In this document: one piece after another, positions 1-8,685 of the stretch
Numbering within the stretch: position 1 is the first letter of the stretch
Layout: every line of letters starts with the position of its first letter
Origin: Candidatus Omnitrophota bacterium
GTDB lineage: Bacteria > Omnitrophota > Gorgyraeia > JABMSB01
NCBI GenBank assembly: GCA_013202205.1
Contig: JABMSB010000031.1
Location: 310 to 64,309 of the forward strand
Reading direction: 5' to 3'
Length of the DNA stretch: 64,000 bases
Program-made: the position numbers and the translations under genes
The notes under the pieces: generated by a model
The model's input: only the letters and a program-made list of their open reading frames with translations
Databases searched by the model: none
What the model was told of the DNA's origin: nothing

Positions 1-2
1 GG

Positions 3-2039
3 GATGGCAGTGATGTACAAAAAGGGACATATGAGGCGACCTTCACCGCGTCGAATAATGAGGAGGAGGTATCAGAAACCATAGAGATTGTAATTGGTGA
101 CGGGATTGTCAACAATCCGCCCGTTTTCACGCAAGTGCCCTCCGGCACCGTAACACTAAGGTGTTTCGAATATTGGGGATATACGATTAGGGCCGAGGAT
201 CGGGACACGATAGCGGCCGATGCAGTTACTATAGAGAGGTTGGCCCCTGCCCAGGAGGATTGGCCGTCATCATGGCTGACCGAATCGCGGCTACCCGTTG
301 AGGCCAATCCGGCGGAGTTTACTTTAAGCGCTTATCCTATGGTTGCTTTCGAGGGTTCTATTACGCTGACATATAAAGCCACGGATAAAAGAGGGGCTTC
401 GACTACAGCGAGCTTTAAGATAACGGTGTTAAACAACCCGCCTGAGCCGCACAATCAGCAAGTTACAACGGACGAGGATACGGCTGTAACGATAACCCTT
501 GATGCAAGGGATGTGGAGCAGCAACCTTTGACGTATATTATAATGACCCAGCCCTCGCACGGCACGTTGCAGCAGGTTGGGCAGACGGCGGAGCTGACTT
601 ATACGCCTGCCGTAGACTATAACGGCACGGATTCATTTACATTCAAGGCAAATGACGGCGTAGATAACAGCGAGGAGGCGGGGACGGTTACGATTACGGT
701 AAGGCCGGTCAACGATCCGCCCACCTTAGACCCCTTTGATCCGAGCGAATATAATATAGATGAGGACGATACACTGACGGTAACCACCGTTGCGAATGAT
801 GTCGATGGAGACAGTCTGAGTTTCAGATTTACGTCATCGCCCCGCATGCCGGGCAGCCCGGATATCAACAGGCAGACGGGGGTTTTCAGGTGGCGCGCGC
901 CTTACGGCTCGGGCGGGCAGGCGTACACCGTTACGGTGACCGCGCGCGATATGCGCATGGAGACCGCCCCTCAGAGTTTTATTATACACGTCGATGACGT
1001 TAATGATCCGCCGATGCTTACCCTTGATCCATCGGGAGAAATAACAGCGATAGAAGGCAAACAGATACGTATCCGTGTCGCCGCCACTGACCTGGATACG
1101 CCGGCTGTTGCGATTGATATGGGCGTGGAAGGGTCGCTGCCGCAATTCGCCACATTTACGCCGGGGCCGGTGCTTGCGGCTGCGGGATCGTCCCAAGAGA
1201 AAACTTATTATTTCAATTGGCAACCACGCTTCTGGCAGGCTGGCAAGTACGCGGTGACGTTCTTTGCGGACGACGGTGAAAGCCAACGCGTATCAAAGAC
1301 GGTGATTATCCATGTCCTGGACGCGCCGAATAATGCACCCGAACTCTGGCTGGGCGGCATACCGGGAGAGGGAATGGGTGAACCGACGATGCCAGATGAG
1401 CTGATGTGGGAGGTAGAGGTCTGTGAAGGCGACCGCCTAGCCTTTCCGGTAAGAGCAAGAGACTTCTTAGATCGTGATCCGGTCACCGTCAGGTGGAATA
1501 TCAGTTCGCTCCCCGGAGCTGCCTGTGAATATGATGAGGGGCGGACACCTCCAAATTGCGAATGGTATATAGTCTACTACTTCGAATGGACCGTGGGAGA
1601 CGACCTTGTAGGACCGGGAGAGACCCGTGAATATGACGCGACTTTTTACGCGCTTGATGGAAAAGATACCACAACGAGGACGATGCGTTTTATAGTCAAA
1701 GATAAGAATACCCCGCCCGCCTTTCCTCACGGGTATCAGTACAGATACGGCCCCGCGGGCGTGGAGCTGCGTTGCGATGTGGTGGTATATGACTGGGAGG
1801 GGGATGAGGTCGCCATAATATGCCATAATCTTCCGCAGGGCGCCGAACTTCTTCCCGCGGTACGGACACCCTTATGGCATGATCCTTTACGTCCTCATAT
1901 GGTAAGGGTCAGCCGCACCCTGGTGTGGACGCCCGCAGTTGACCAGGTAGGGTTTCGAGGTCTCCATTTTACGGCATCTGACGGAAGGGCCGAAGATGAG
2001 ACAATTCTGAATGTACTTGTCACCCCTTCCTTAAACTGA
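3..2039 (+). CDS. Large surface/adhesin-like protein with tandem bacterial Ig/cadherin-like (Big_9/He_PIG-type) repeats; 5'-partial
   Basis: The frame of the 135..2039 ORF is open back to nt 3 (DGSDVQKGTYEATFTASNNEEEVSETIEIVIGDGIVNNPPVF), so the gene starts upstream of the window. Roughly 95-aa units repeat with NxPP boundaries, TDEDTAVTITL, PSHGTL, YTPAVDYNGTDSFTFKANDG and DVDGDSLSF. Confidence 0.85.
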   Translation, partial: DGSDVQKGTYEATFTASNNEEEVSETIEIVIGDGIVNNPPVFTQVPSGTVTLRCFEYWGYTIRAEDRDTIAADAVTIERLAPAQEDWPSSWLTESRLPVEANPAEFTLSAYPMVAFEGSITLTYKATDKRGASTTASFKITVLNNPPEPHNQQVTTDEDTAVTITLDARDVEQQPLTYIIMTQPSHGTLQQVGQTAELTYTPAVDYNGTDSFTFKANDGVDNSEEAGTVTITVRPVNDPPTLDPFDPSEYNIDEDDTLTVTTVANDVDGDSLSFRFTSSPRMPGSPDINRQTGVFRWRAPYGSGGQAYTVTVTARDMRMETAPQSFIIHVDDVNDPPMLTLDPSGEITAIEGKQIRIRVAATDLDTPAVAIDMGVEGSLPQFATFTPGPVLAAAGSSQEKTYYFNWQPRFWQAGKYAVTFFADDGESQRVSKTVIIHVLDAPNNAPELWLGGIPGEGMGEPTMPDELMWEVEVCEGDRLAFPVRARDFLDRDPVTVRWNISSLPGAACEYDEGRTPPNCEWYIVYYFEWTVGDDLVGPGETREYDATFYALDGKDTTTRTMRFIVKDKNTPPAFPHGYQYRYGPAGVELRCDVVVYDWEGDEVAIICHNLPQGAELLPAVRTPLWHDPLRPHMVRVSRTLVWTPAVDQVGFRGLHFTASDGRAEDETILNVLVTPSLN

Positions 2040-2049
2040 GTTATAAACG

Positions 2050-2093
2050 CTTTACGTAACACAAACTATAATAATCGGTTACTGCCAAAATAA
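2050..2093. repeat. Copy 1 of a 44-bp imperfect direct repeat containing TTACGTAA and GTAAC-N17-GTTAC palindromes
   Basis: CTTTACGTAACACAAAC is identical at 2050 and 3293; ungapped alignment gives 36/44 identity with 3293-3336. Confidence 0.85.
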
Positions 2094-2153
2094 TAATCTT
2101 ATAACAGAGATAGGTTGTTACTATAACAGTAAATAAAAAGGGGAGGGGCCAAG

Positions 2154-3257
2154 ATGATTAAGAAGATATTGAGTATGGTGTTGGTGATAGGGATAGTGAT
2201 GCTGAATGTACCCACAGGTGTATTTGCGGATCCGCCTCTGGCCCCGGAAGATGATATTATTCCCGAGGGAGTTGGAAGCGACCCGGACTATGATCCACCG
2301 GAGTACGTTCCACCAGAATACGGCAATATGGACTCAACCCCGGGCGAGGACGGCTCTACCGAAGCAGATGCTGCAAACGCGCCGACAGAGGGATCGATAC
2401 CAGAAGTAGATGCAGCAGATTCCGAATATGATGATCTGAATGATACCCTCGGTGGCTGTGACGGCTCCCCCCACACACAGGATTCCGACGGAGACGGTTA
2501 TACCGATGAAGAGGAGGAGTTAGCCGGTACGAATCCGGATGATTTCGACGATAATATCGAGACGCAATGCGATCTGGTAATCGTCATCATAGAGACCCCT
2601 GATCCTAACGATGAGGATCCCGAGTATTTTGTATTCGTACCCCACGAAGACTCCACTGTTGAGGAGCCGATTGTGCAACCCGCCGATCCTAACAGCGACC
2701 TATATGATCAGCTTCTTTTCGATCCAGATGCCTGGGTTTATATAACATTACCAGATGATATAGATCAGTGGGAAGATGATATGAATGATCTGGCAGATGG
2801 CCTTGAGGATTTTGCGGCCGATATTTATGGGATTGATATAACCGTTAATCCTGTGCCTGTAGACGAACCATCCGATCTGATGGAAAATGAGGATTTTGTA
2901 GGTGGTATAGGTGATAACCATCCTGCAGGTATGGCTGATGATGAGACTGGCACGATAGACTTATATTGTGTCGTCTGTAATGCATATTCTGCGGAATACA
3001 TAGGATGCCATGAGATAGTTCATATAGTGATCCCGGAGCTTGAACATGGTGACCTCTTTGATGAATGTACCGAAGTCGTATTAGATATGTTTGAGAGGTG
3101 GCAAGAAGAACAATTATCTGATTATGGCAGTGATGAGGCCGATATGAAAGATCTCCTCTATGGCGAGGAAGAGCCGCCACATACTCCAGGCTTTACTGAT
3201 GAGGAACTTGCGGAGATGGAGGCTGCAGCCGAGGCTGCTGCTGCAGAGGCAGAATAA
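2154..3257 (+). CDS. Secreted, highly acidic protein with Ca-binding DSDGDG (thrombospondin type 3-like) motif and a C-terminal HExxH zinc-metallopeptidase-like motif
   Basis: Good RBS (GGGGAGG); Sec signal peptide MIKKILSMVLVIGIVMLNVPTGVFA; DSDGDGYTDEEEELAGTNPDD; YIGCHEIVHIVIPELEHGDLF; mature part extremely D/E-rich. Confidence 0.7.
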   Translation: MIKKILSMVLVIGIVMLNVPTGVFADPPLAPEDDIIPEGVGSDPDYDPPEYVPPEYGNMDSTPGEDGSTEADAANAPTEGSIPEVDAADSEYDDLNDTLGGCDGSPHTQDSDGDGYTDEEEELAGTNPDDFDDNIETQCDLVIVIIETPDPNDEDPEYFVFVPHEDSTVEEPIVQPADPNSDLYDQLLFDPDAWVYITLPDDIDQWEDDMNDLADGLEDFAADIYGIDITVNPVPVDEPSDLMENEDFVGGIGDNHPAGMADDETGTIDLYCVVCNAYSAEYIGCHEIVHIVIPELEHGDLFDECTEVVLDMFERWQEEQLSDYGSDEADMKDLLYGEEEPPHTPGFTDEELAEMEAAAEAAAAEAE

Positions 3258-3292
3258 AAAGATAGACGAAGAGTTATAGAGAGCTACAGACA

Positions 3293-3336
3293 CTTTACGT
3301 AACACAAACGGCGATAAGCTGTTACTGATAAAATAA
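3293..3336. repeat. Copy 2 of the 44-bp direct repeat
   Basis: CTTTACGTAACACAAACGGCGATAAGCTGTTACTGATAAAATAA; see copy 1. Confidence 0.85.
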
Positions 3337-3370
3337 GATCCTAATGAGATAAGTTACCCAATAGAATAAT

Positions 3371-3419
3371 GGGGTATCTTCCTTATGTGCCAGTGGCGCA
3401 AAGGGGGGTACCCCTTTTT
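3371..3419 (+). terminator. Rho-independent terminator
   Basis: GGGGTATCTTCCTT...AAGGGGGGTACCCC stem with inner TGTGCC/GGCGCA hairpin, followed by TTTTT. Confidence 0.75.
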
Positions 3420-3421
3420 AG

Positions 3422-3450
3422 TTGACAATATAGATATAATTAGCTACAAT
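3422..3450 (+). promoter_or_regulatory. Sigma70-type promoter of the hisG operon
   Basis: TTGACA-N17-TACAAT immediately after the terminator. Confidence 0.8.
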
Positions 3451-3458
3451 ATGTGGGC

Positions 3459-3620
3459 GTGAAGAAACGAAGAGCGAAAAAGATAAAGGTCAGGCGTACT
3501 TGGCGGATTAAGCCGATCACCAAGGTCAAAGAGAGCAATAAGCTCTACTCGCGCAGGAGGAGTAAGCGCAAGCTCAGAAAACGCCTGGAAAAAGAAGGAT
3601 TAATTTTCGATGGGACTTAA
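3459..3620 (+). CDS. Small, highly basic 53-aa protein (leaderless; candidate ArfA-like ribosome-associated factor)
   Basis: GTG 8 nt after the -10 box; [53 protein letters not shown]; its 3' end overlaps the hisG start. Not in the ORF track (<60 aa). Confidence 0.6.
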   Translation: MKKRRAKKIKVRRTWRIKPITKVKESNKLYSRRRSKRKLRKRLEKEGLIFDGT

Positions 3621-4479
3621 GCTCGGTATACCTAAAGGCAGTCTGCAGGAAGCGACTGTGCGCATGTTCAAGAAGGCGGGGTTTAATGTAACTATAAGCT
3701 CGCGCTCATATTACCCGTCTATCGATGACCCGGAGATAGAAGCGGTACTCTTTCGCGCGCAGGAGATGTCACGCTATATCGAAGAGGGTGTGCTCGATTG
3801 TGGCTTAACCGGCAGCGATTGGATAAGAGAGAACTCCTCTAAAGTAGTCCATGTAGCAAAACTTGTATATGCCAAGCAGGGCGCGCGGCCGGTCCGATGG
3901 GTCCTTGCCGTACCTGTGAATTCCAACATAAAGAGCGTTAAAGATCTCAAGGGTAAGCGCATAGCTACAGAGCTCGTTAAGGCGACGAAGAAATATCTCA
4001 GAAAAAATAAGGTGCGTGCCGATGTAGAGTTTAGTTGGGGCGCCACAGAAGTTAAGACAAACCTCGGCATCGACGCCATAGTAGAACTTACAGAGACCGG
4101 CTCGAGCCTGCGCGCTAACAACCTAAGGATAGTAGATACTGTATGCGAATCGGTTACAGAGCTTATAGCCAACAAGTCCGCCTGGCGCAACAGACGCAAG
4201 CGCGCAAAGATAGAAGCGCTCGCCCTGCTTTTAAAAGGGGCTGTTCTTGCAGAGGGCAAGGTTGGGCTTAAGATGAACGTATCGGATAAGAATCTGAAGA
4301 GGGTTCTCAAGATACTGCCCGCCATGAAGAAACCTACCATCTCATGTTTGAGCCAGGACGGGTGGTTTGACGTAGATACGATCATAGACGAGGAGACGGT
4401 AAAGACTATTATACCCAGGCTTAAAGCAGCAGGCGCACAGGGTATAATAGAATATCCGCTGAATAAAGTTATTTATTGA
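3610..4479 (+). CDS. hisG: ATP phosphoribosyltransferase (long form)
   Basis: [41 protein letters not shown]; C-terminal regulatory domain present. Confidence 0.97.
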   Translation: MGLKLGIPKGSLQEATVRMFKKAGFNVTISSRSYYPSIDDPEIEAVLFRAQEMSRYIEEGVLDCGLTGSDWIRENSSKVVHVAKLVYAKQGARPVRWVLAVPVNSNIKSVKDLKGKRIATELVKATKKYLRKNKVRADVEFSWGATEVKTNLGIDAIVELTETGSSLRANNLRIVDTVCESVTELIANKSAWRNRRKRAKIEALALLLKGAVLAEGKVGLKMNVSDKNLKRVLKILPAMKKPTISCLSQDGWFDVDTIIDEETVKTIIPRLKAAGAQGIIEYPLNKVIY

Positions 4480-4507
4480 TATCCATGTAGTCTAAAGGAG
4501 AGAATCT

Positions 4508-4609
4508 ATGCCTTGCGGCAGGAAGAGAAAGAGAAAGAAGATGGCGAAGCACAAGAGGAAGAAGAGGCTTCGTCGCGATAGACATAAGAAAAAAGCCTGG
4601 TTTAAATAA
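4508..4609 (+). CDS. 30S ribosomal protein bS22 / AURKAIP1-COX24 (mS38)-family small basic protein
   Basis: AAGGAG RBS; MPCGRKRKRKKMAKHKRKKRLRRDRHKKKAWFK matches the family pattern MPxGKKRKRxKMAxHKRKKRLRKNRHKKK. Not in the ORF track. Confidence 0.85.
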   Translation: MPCGRKRKRKKMAKHKRKKRLRRDRHKKKAWFK

Positions 4610-4625
4610 TAGATAGAGCCCTATT

Positions 4626-6206
4626 TTGACACCCGTTAGGTTTCGCTCAAAATTATTTCTATACCTCCAAGCAATAGCAATCGCCATGACTTTAAGTGGT
4701 GGTTTGTCTGAAGGGGCAATCGATCGTACCAACCTCCTTGACGCGATCAAGTCAGAGAAGGTCGTTCCGTTTAAGAAGACGGTCCACTCGGAAGCGCTGC
4801 GCCATTTTACAAAGGGCAGTCTCCACGACAGGGCAGGAGATATTACCAAGGCGATAGAGGAGTACGAGAAGGCGGCTGAGCTCGACAAAGAAGCAACACA
4901 TATCCGCATGCGCCTTGGCAAGACCTACGTCTTCATCGGAAGGTTCGAAGATGCCATCGTGGAGTTTGAGGCGGTCAAATCGCTCGACCCCGAAGATCCA
5001 AGACCCCGGTTTCTACTCGCCATAATATATACCAATCTGGGCAGATTTGATAATGCGGCTAGCCAGTATGAGGAGATACTCGATAGCTCCTCAGATAACC
5101 TATTGGCGCTTACGTCACTGGCCGATCTTTATGTATTGCAGGACAAGATAGAAGAGGCCGTCAGTCTTTATAATACGCTCATTGAAAAGGGCAATGCCTC
5201 ACCCCAGATCTACTTTAACCTCGGCATTATATACAGCAAGCTCGAGAGGATAGACGAGGCAATAGCGGCGGAGAAGAAGGCCCTTGAGATCGAACCCCAA
5301 TACCTCGAAGCGCAGCTGGCCTTAGGTGTCCTCTATGAAGCGAAAAAAGATTTCGAATCTGCGGTAAAGGCTTATGAGAAGGTCCTGGAGGTCGACCCAT
5401 TAAACATAAGGGTCTATCACAACTTAGGACGTGCCTACTATAAGCTTGATAGGATAGAAGATGCGGTTCACCAGTATGAGTTGCTTCTGAAGCTCAAGCC
5501 GGGCGATGTTGCGGCACTCCTTGAACTTACCCATATCTATGTGAGCAAGGAGAGGTTTAAAGAAGCGATAGAACTGCTAGAGACAGCCATTGACGAGGGC
5601 GCGGATCACAGAGAGATTTTGATGTCTCTCGGGTTTGCTCTGGGCCGCGACAAGAAATTCGATGATGCGATCAAGATCTATAAAGAGGTGCTTAAGAGAG
5701 AACCAAATAATCCTCATATCAGATTTTATTTGGGCGCGGCATATGAGAGAGCCGGCCAAAGAGAATCTGCCGTAACTGAATTCAGGAAGGCCATAGAGCT
5801 CGATTCAGGGATGGCGAACGCATATAATTATCTCGGTTACATGTATATAGAGCGCGGTGAAAATCTCAATGAATCGATAGAGCTGGTTAAGAAGGCCCTC
5901 GAGATGGAACCGGAGAATGGTGCTTTCATAGACAGCCTTGGTTGGGGGTATTTTAAAAAGGGGATGGTCGATGAGGCGATCAATGAGCTTGAGCGGGCCG
6001 CTGAGATTTATGGCGAGGATCCTGTCATACAGGACCACCTGGGGGATGTATACGAAAAGAAGGAATTGCACGAAAAGGCGATAGCGCAGTGGACAAAGTC
6101 TTTAAAGTTAGATCCGACCCAGAAAAAAGTCAGCAATAAATTGGAGAGGCTAAAAAAAGATATAAAAACCGAAAGACAAAAGGCGAATGCCAAGGCAGAG
6201 AATTAA
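4626..6206 (+). CDS. Periplasmic/secreted tetratricopeptide repeat protein
   Basis: Hydrophobic N-terminus followed by a long TPR array; C-terminal AYNYLGYMY...DSLGWGYFKKG...IQDHLGDVY is typical of the TPR proteins found upstream of ispE. Start codon uncertain. Confidence 0.85.
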   Translation: MTPVRFRSKLFLYLQAIAIAMTLSGGLSEGAIDRTNLLDAIKSEKVVPFKKTVHSEALRHFTKGSLHDRAGDITKAIEEYEKAAELDKEATHIRMRLGKTYVFIGRFEDAIVEFEAVKSLDPEDPRPRFLLAIIYTNLGRFDNAASQYEEILDSSSDNLLALTSLADLYVLQDKIEEAVSLYNTLIEKGNASPQIYFNLGIIYSKLERIDEAIAAEKKALEIEPQYLEAQLALGVLYEAKKDFESAVKAYEKVLEVDPLNIRVYHNLGRAYYKLDRIEDAVHQYELLLKLKPGDVAALLELTHIYVSKERFKEAIELLETAIDEGADHREILMSLGFALGRDKKFDDAIKIYKEVLKREPNNPHIRFYLGAAYERAGQRESAVTEFRKAIELDSGMANAYNYLGYMYIERGENLNESIELVKKALEMEPENGAFIDSLGWGYFKKGMVDEAINELERAAEIYGEDPVIQDHLGDVYEKKELHEKAIAQWTKSLKLDPTQKKVSNKLERLKKDIKTERQKANAKAEN

Positions 6207-6210
6207 TACT

Positions 6211-7053
6211 ATGAAGAGACCCGATATAAAAAGTCTAAAGCGTAAGGCAGTAAGCATGCGTAAGGATATACTTATCATGCTTGAGCGCGCAGGTTCAGGA
6301 CACACAGGCGGCTCATTATCAGAGGTGGAGATCTTGCTGGGCCTTTACCAGTACAAGCTGAAACATGATCCCAAGAAGCCTGAGTGGGATGGCCGAGACC
6401 GTTTTATCCTCTCGAAAGGACATGGCTGCCCGGCCCTCTACGCAATCCTTGCGGATTGCGGATACTTTCCCAAGGAGGAGCTGGTTACTTTAAGGAAGTT
6501 TGGTTCGCGCTTGCAAGGCCACCCGCAATTGGGCTTGCCGGGGCTTGAGATATCGAGCGGCTCTTTGGGGCAGGGGCTTTCTATTGCGGCAGGGATGGCT
6601 CTTGGCGCCCATCTCGATAAGAAACCGATACGGGTCTACTGTCTCCTGGGAGACGGCGAAACGAACGAAGGCCAGATCTGGGAGGCAGTCATGACAGCCT
6701 CACATTATAGTCTCGATAGCCTGTGCGCGATCATAGATTATAACAAGCTGCAGATCGACGGGCTCTGTTGCGATACGATGAAGATGAACTCCATGCATAA
6801 GCAGTGGGAGTCGTTTGGTTGGCATGTAATAGAGGCGGATGGGCATGATATAGAAGCTATGATGGATGCCTATGATGAAGCAGAGAAGATAAAGGGCAAA
6901 CCGACTGTAATATTGGCGCACACAATAAAGGGCAAAGGCATATCCTTCATAGAGGGCAAGGCAAAGTGGCATGGTATAGCCCCTAAGAAGGATGAATTAG
7001 AGAAGGCCCTTGCTGAATTAGATGAAGAATTAAAGAGAGTCGAAAAGGGGTGA
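6211..7053 (+). CDS. Transketolase, N-terminal (TPP-binding) subunit
   Basis: GSGHTGGSLS, DRFILSKGH, LQGHP, GSLGQGLS, GDGETNEG. ATG at 6211 preferred because it avoids a long overlap. Confidence 0.95.
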   Translation: MKRPDIKSLKRKAVSMRKDILIMLERAGSGHTGGSLSEVEILLGLYQYKLKHDPKKPEWDGRDRFILSKGHGCPALYAILADCGYFPKEELVTLRKFGSRLQGHPQLGLPGLEISSGSLGQGLSIAAGMALGAHLDKKPIRVYCLLGDGETNEGQIWEAVMTASHYSLDSLCAIIDYNKLQIDGLCCDTMKMNSMHKQWESFGWHVIEADGHDIEAMMDAYDEAEKIKGKPTVILAHTIKGKGISFIEGKAKWHGIAPKKDELEKALAELDEELKRVEKG

Positions 7054-7059
7054 TCCTAT

Positions 7060-8685
7060 ATGGCAACGAGCCGTAAGATAAAATTATTCTTATCAAATAA
7101 CTGGGGAATATTTGCAGTAATCATCTTTCTGGGTTTTATTCTCTTTGCTCCGATATACGCGCTTTCGAAGGTCGATTCATATCAGCGCGTCTATCTGGTC
7201 TCCTGGCTTTCAACGATGGGACTTCAGGCAACGGTCCACTCTGTAATATTTGTTACTTGTTTGTGGTGGCTCCAATATCGCGGAGGTTTTTCCAAGCTCT
7301 CAATCAAAAGGATTAAAAATCAATTTGTGAATGTCAGATGGGACGACGTAATAGGTATCGATGAAGCAAAACAAGAATCATGGGAAGTGGTCCAGCTCAT
7401 AAAGGACCGGGCACGCCTTCTGAAGATAGGGGGCAAAATCTTGCGCGGTCTCCTTTTGGTCGGGCCGCCCGGATGCGGCAAGACTATGCTGGCAAGGGCG
7501 ATAGCGACGGAGTCGAATGTACCATTCCTATCTATGTCCGCAAGCGGATTTGTTGAGGTCTATGTAGGTGTGGGCGCTTCACGCGTGCGGCAGCTCTTTA
7601 AGAATGCGCGCAAGCTCGCCTACGCATACGGGGCATGTATCGTCTTTATCGATGAGCTCGACGCGATAGCCCGTCGCAGGGTCTTCTCAGGTTCCGGTGG
7701 TTCGGAAGAGACAAACTCGACACAGAACCAGCTCCTTGCCGAAATGGATGGGTTGAAGGATAAAGATCACAACGTTATCGTCATAGGGGCCACAAATGCC
7801 GTTGAGGACATACTCGACTCGGCACTCCTTAGGCCCGGCAGGTTCGACCGTAGGGTATATGTAGATGTCCCCGGCCTTGAAGGAAGGGAAAAGTTATTCC
7901 ATCACTATTTAAAGAAGATCAAACACGATCCCGCACTCGATATAGGACGTCTCGCGAGAAAGACCGTTTACAAGTCACCGGCTGACATAGAGGGCATTAT
8001 CAAGGAGGCTGCACTTATTTCGATAAGAAACAAGAAAGACGTCGTTGATATGTCTGATATGTCGGAGGCGATAGAGCGCATAGATATGGGCATAAAACGC
8101 AAGCGGAAGATGACGGATCGCGAACGGGAGATGACGGCCTATCATGAGACGGGACATCTCGTCGTTCTCTGTGAACTCCATCCCACAGACGACGTCTTTA
8201 AGGCATCTATAATATTAAGACGTGAAACCCTAGGCGTAGTCTATCACCAGCCGCGGGAAGAAATTTTCACACATGACAGAGATAGGTTGATGGCTGAGAT
8301 AAAGGTTGCCCTCGGAGGTTATGTCGCGGAGAAGGTAAAGTTCAGCGTGACATCGAGCGGTGTCCAGTCAGATTTTCAAAAAGCTATGGCAGTTGCCCAT
8401 AACATGGTATGGCGTTTTGGCATGAGCGATGCAAATATGCTCGGTGATTACACAGTGATCCCTGCAGGACAGCTCTCGGATAATGTTAAAGAGAAGCTTA
8501 ATTCCGAGACCTCCAAGATAATCCAGCAATGCATGATTGAGGTAGAGGGGCTCTTCAAAAAAGAGTGGGGCCTCGTCGAGATCTTTGCCAAGGAGCTGCT
8601 TAAGAAAGAAGAATTGGAATACGACGAAATAGAGAAGATCTTCGCCGATTATCGTAAGACACACCCTCGCAAAAAAGAGGGATAG
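7060..8685 (+). CDS. FtsH-like membrane AAA+ zinc metalloprotease lacking the large periplasmic domain
   Basis: Two N-terminal TM segments; Walker A GPPGCGKT; Walker B FIDELD; SRH ALLRPGRFDR; HETGH zinc motif. Confidence 0.9.
   Translation: MATSRKIKLFLSNNWGIFAVIIFLGFILFAPIYALSKVDSYQRVYLVSWLSTMGLQATVHSVIFVTCLWWLQYRGGFSKLSIKRIKNQFVNVRWDDVIGIDEAKQESWEVVQLIKDRARLLKIGGKILRGLLLVGPPGCGKTMLARAIATESNVPFLSMSASGFVEVYVGVGASRVRQLFKNARKLAYAYGACIVFIDELDAIARRRVFSGSGGSEETNSTQNQLLAEMDGLKDKDHNVIVIGATNAVEDILDSALLRPGRFDRRVYVDVPGLEGREKLFHHYLKKIKHDPALDIGRLARKTVYKSPADIEGIIKEAALISIRNKKDVVDMSDMSEAIERIDMGIKRKRKMTDREREMTAYHETGHLVVLCELHPTDDVFKASIILRRETLGVVYHQPREEIFTHDRDRLMAEIKVALGGYVAEKVKFSVTSSGVQSDFQKAMAVAHNMVWRFGMSDANMLGDYTVIPAGQLSDNVKEKLNSETSKIIQQCMIEVEGLFKKEWGLVEIFAKELLKKEELEYDEIEKIFADYRKTHPRKKEG

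Noticed and set aside
2050-3336. Direct repeats read as CRISPR repeats or integron attC sites
   Set aside because: Only two copies 1.2 kb apart and no cas genes; the palindrome is too short, lacks RYYYAAC/GTTRRRY boxes, and no intI is present.
3459-3620. His attenuator leader peptide upstream of hisG
   Set aside because: The ORF has no His codons and there is no terminator/antiterminator between it and hisG.
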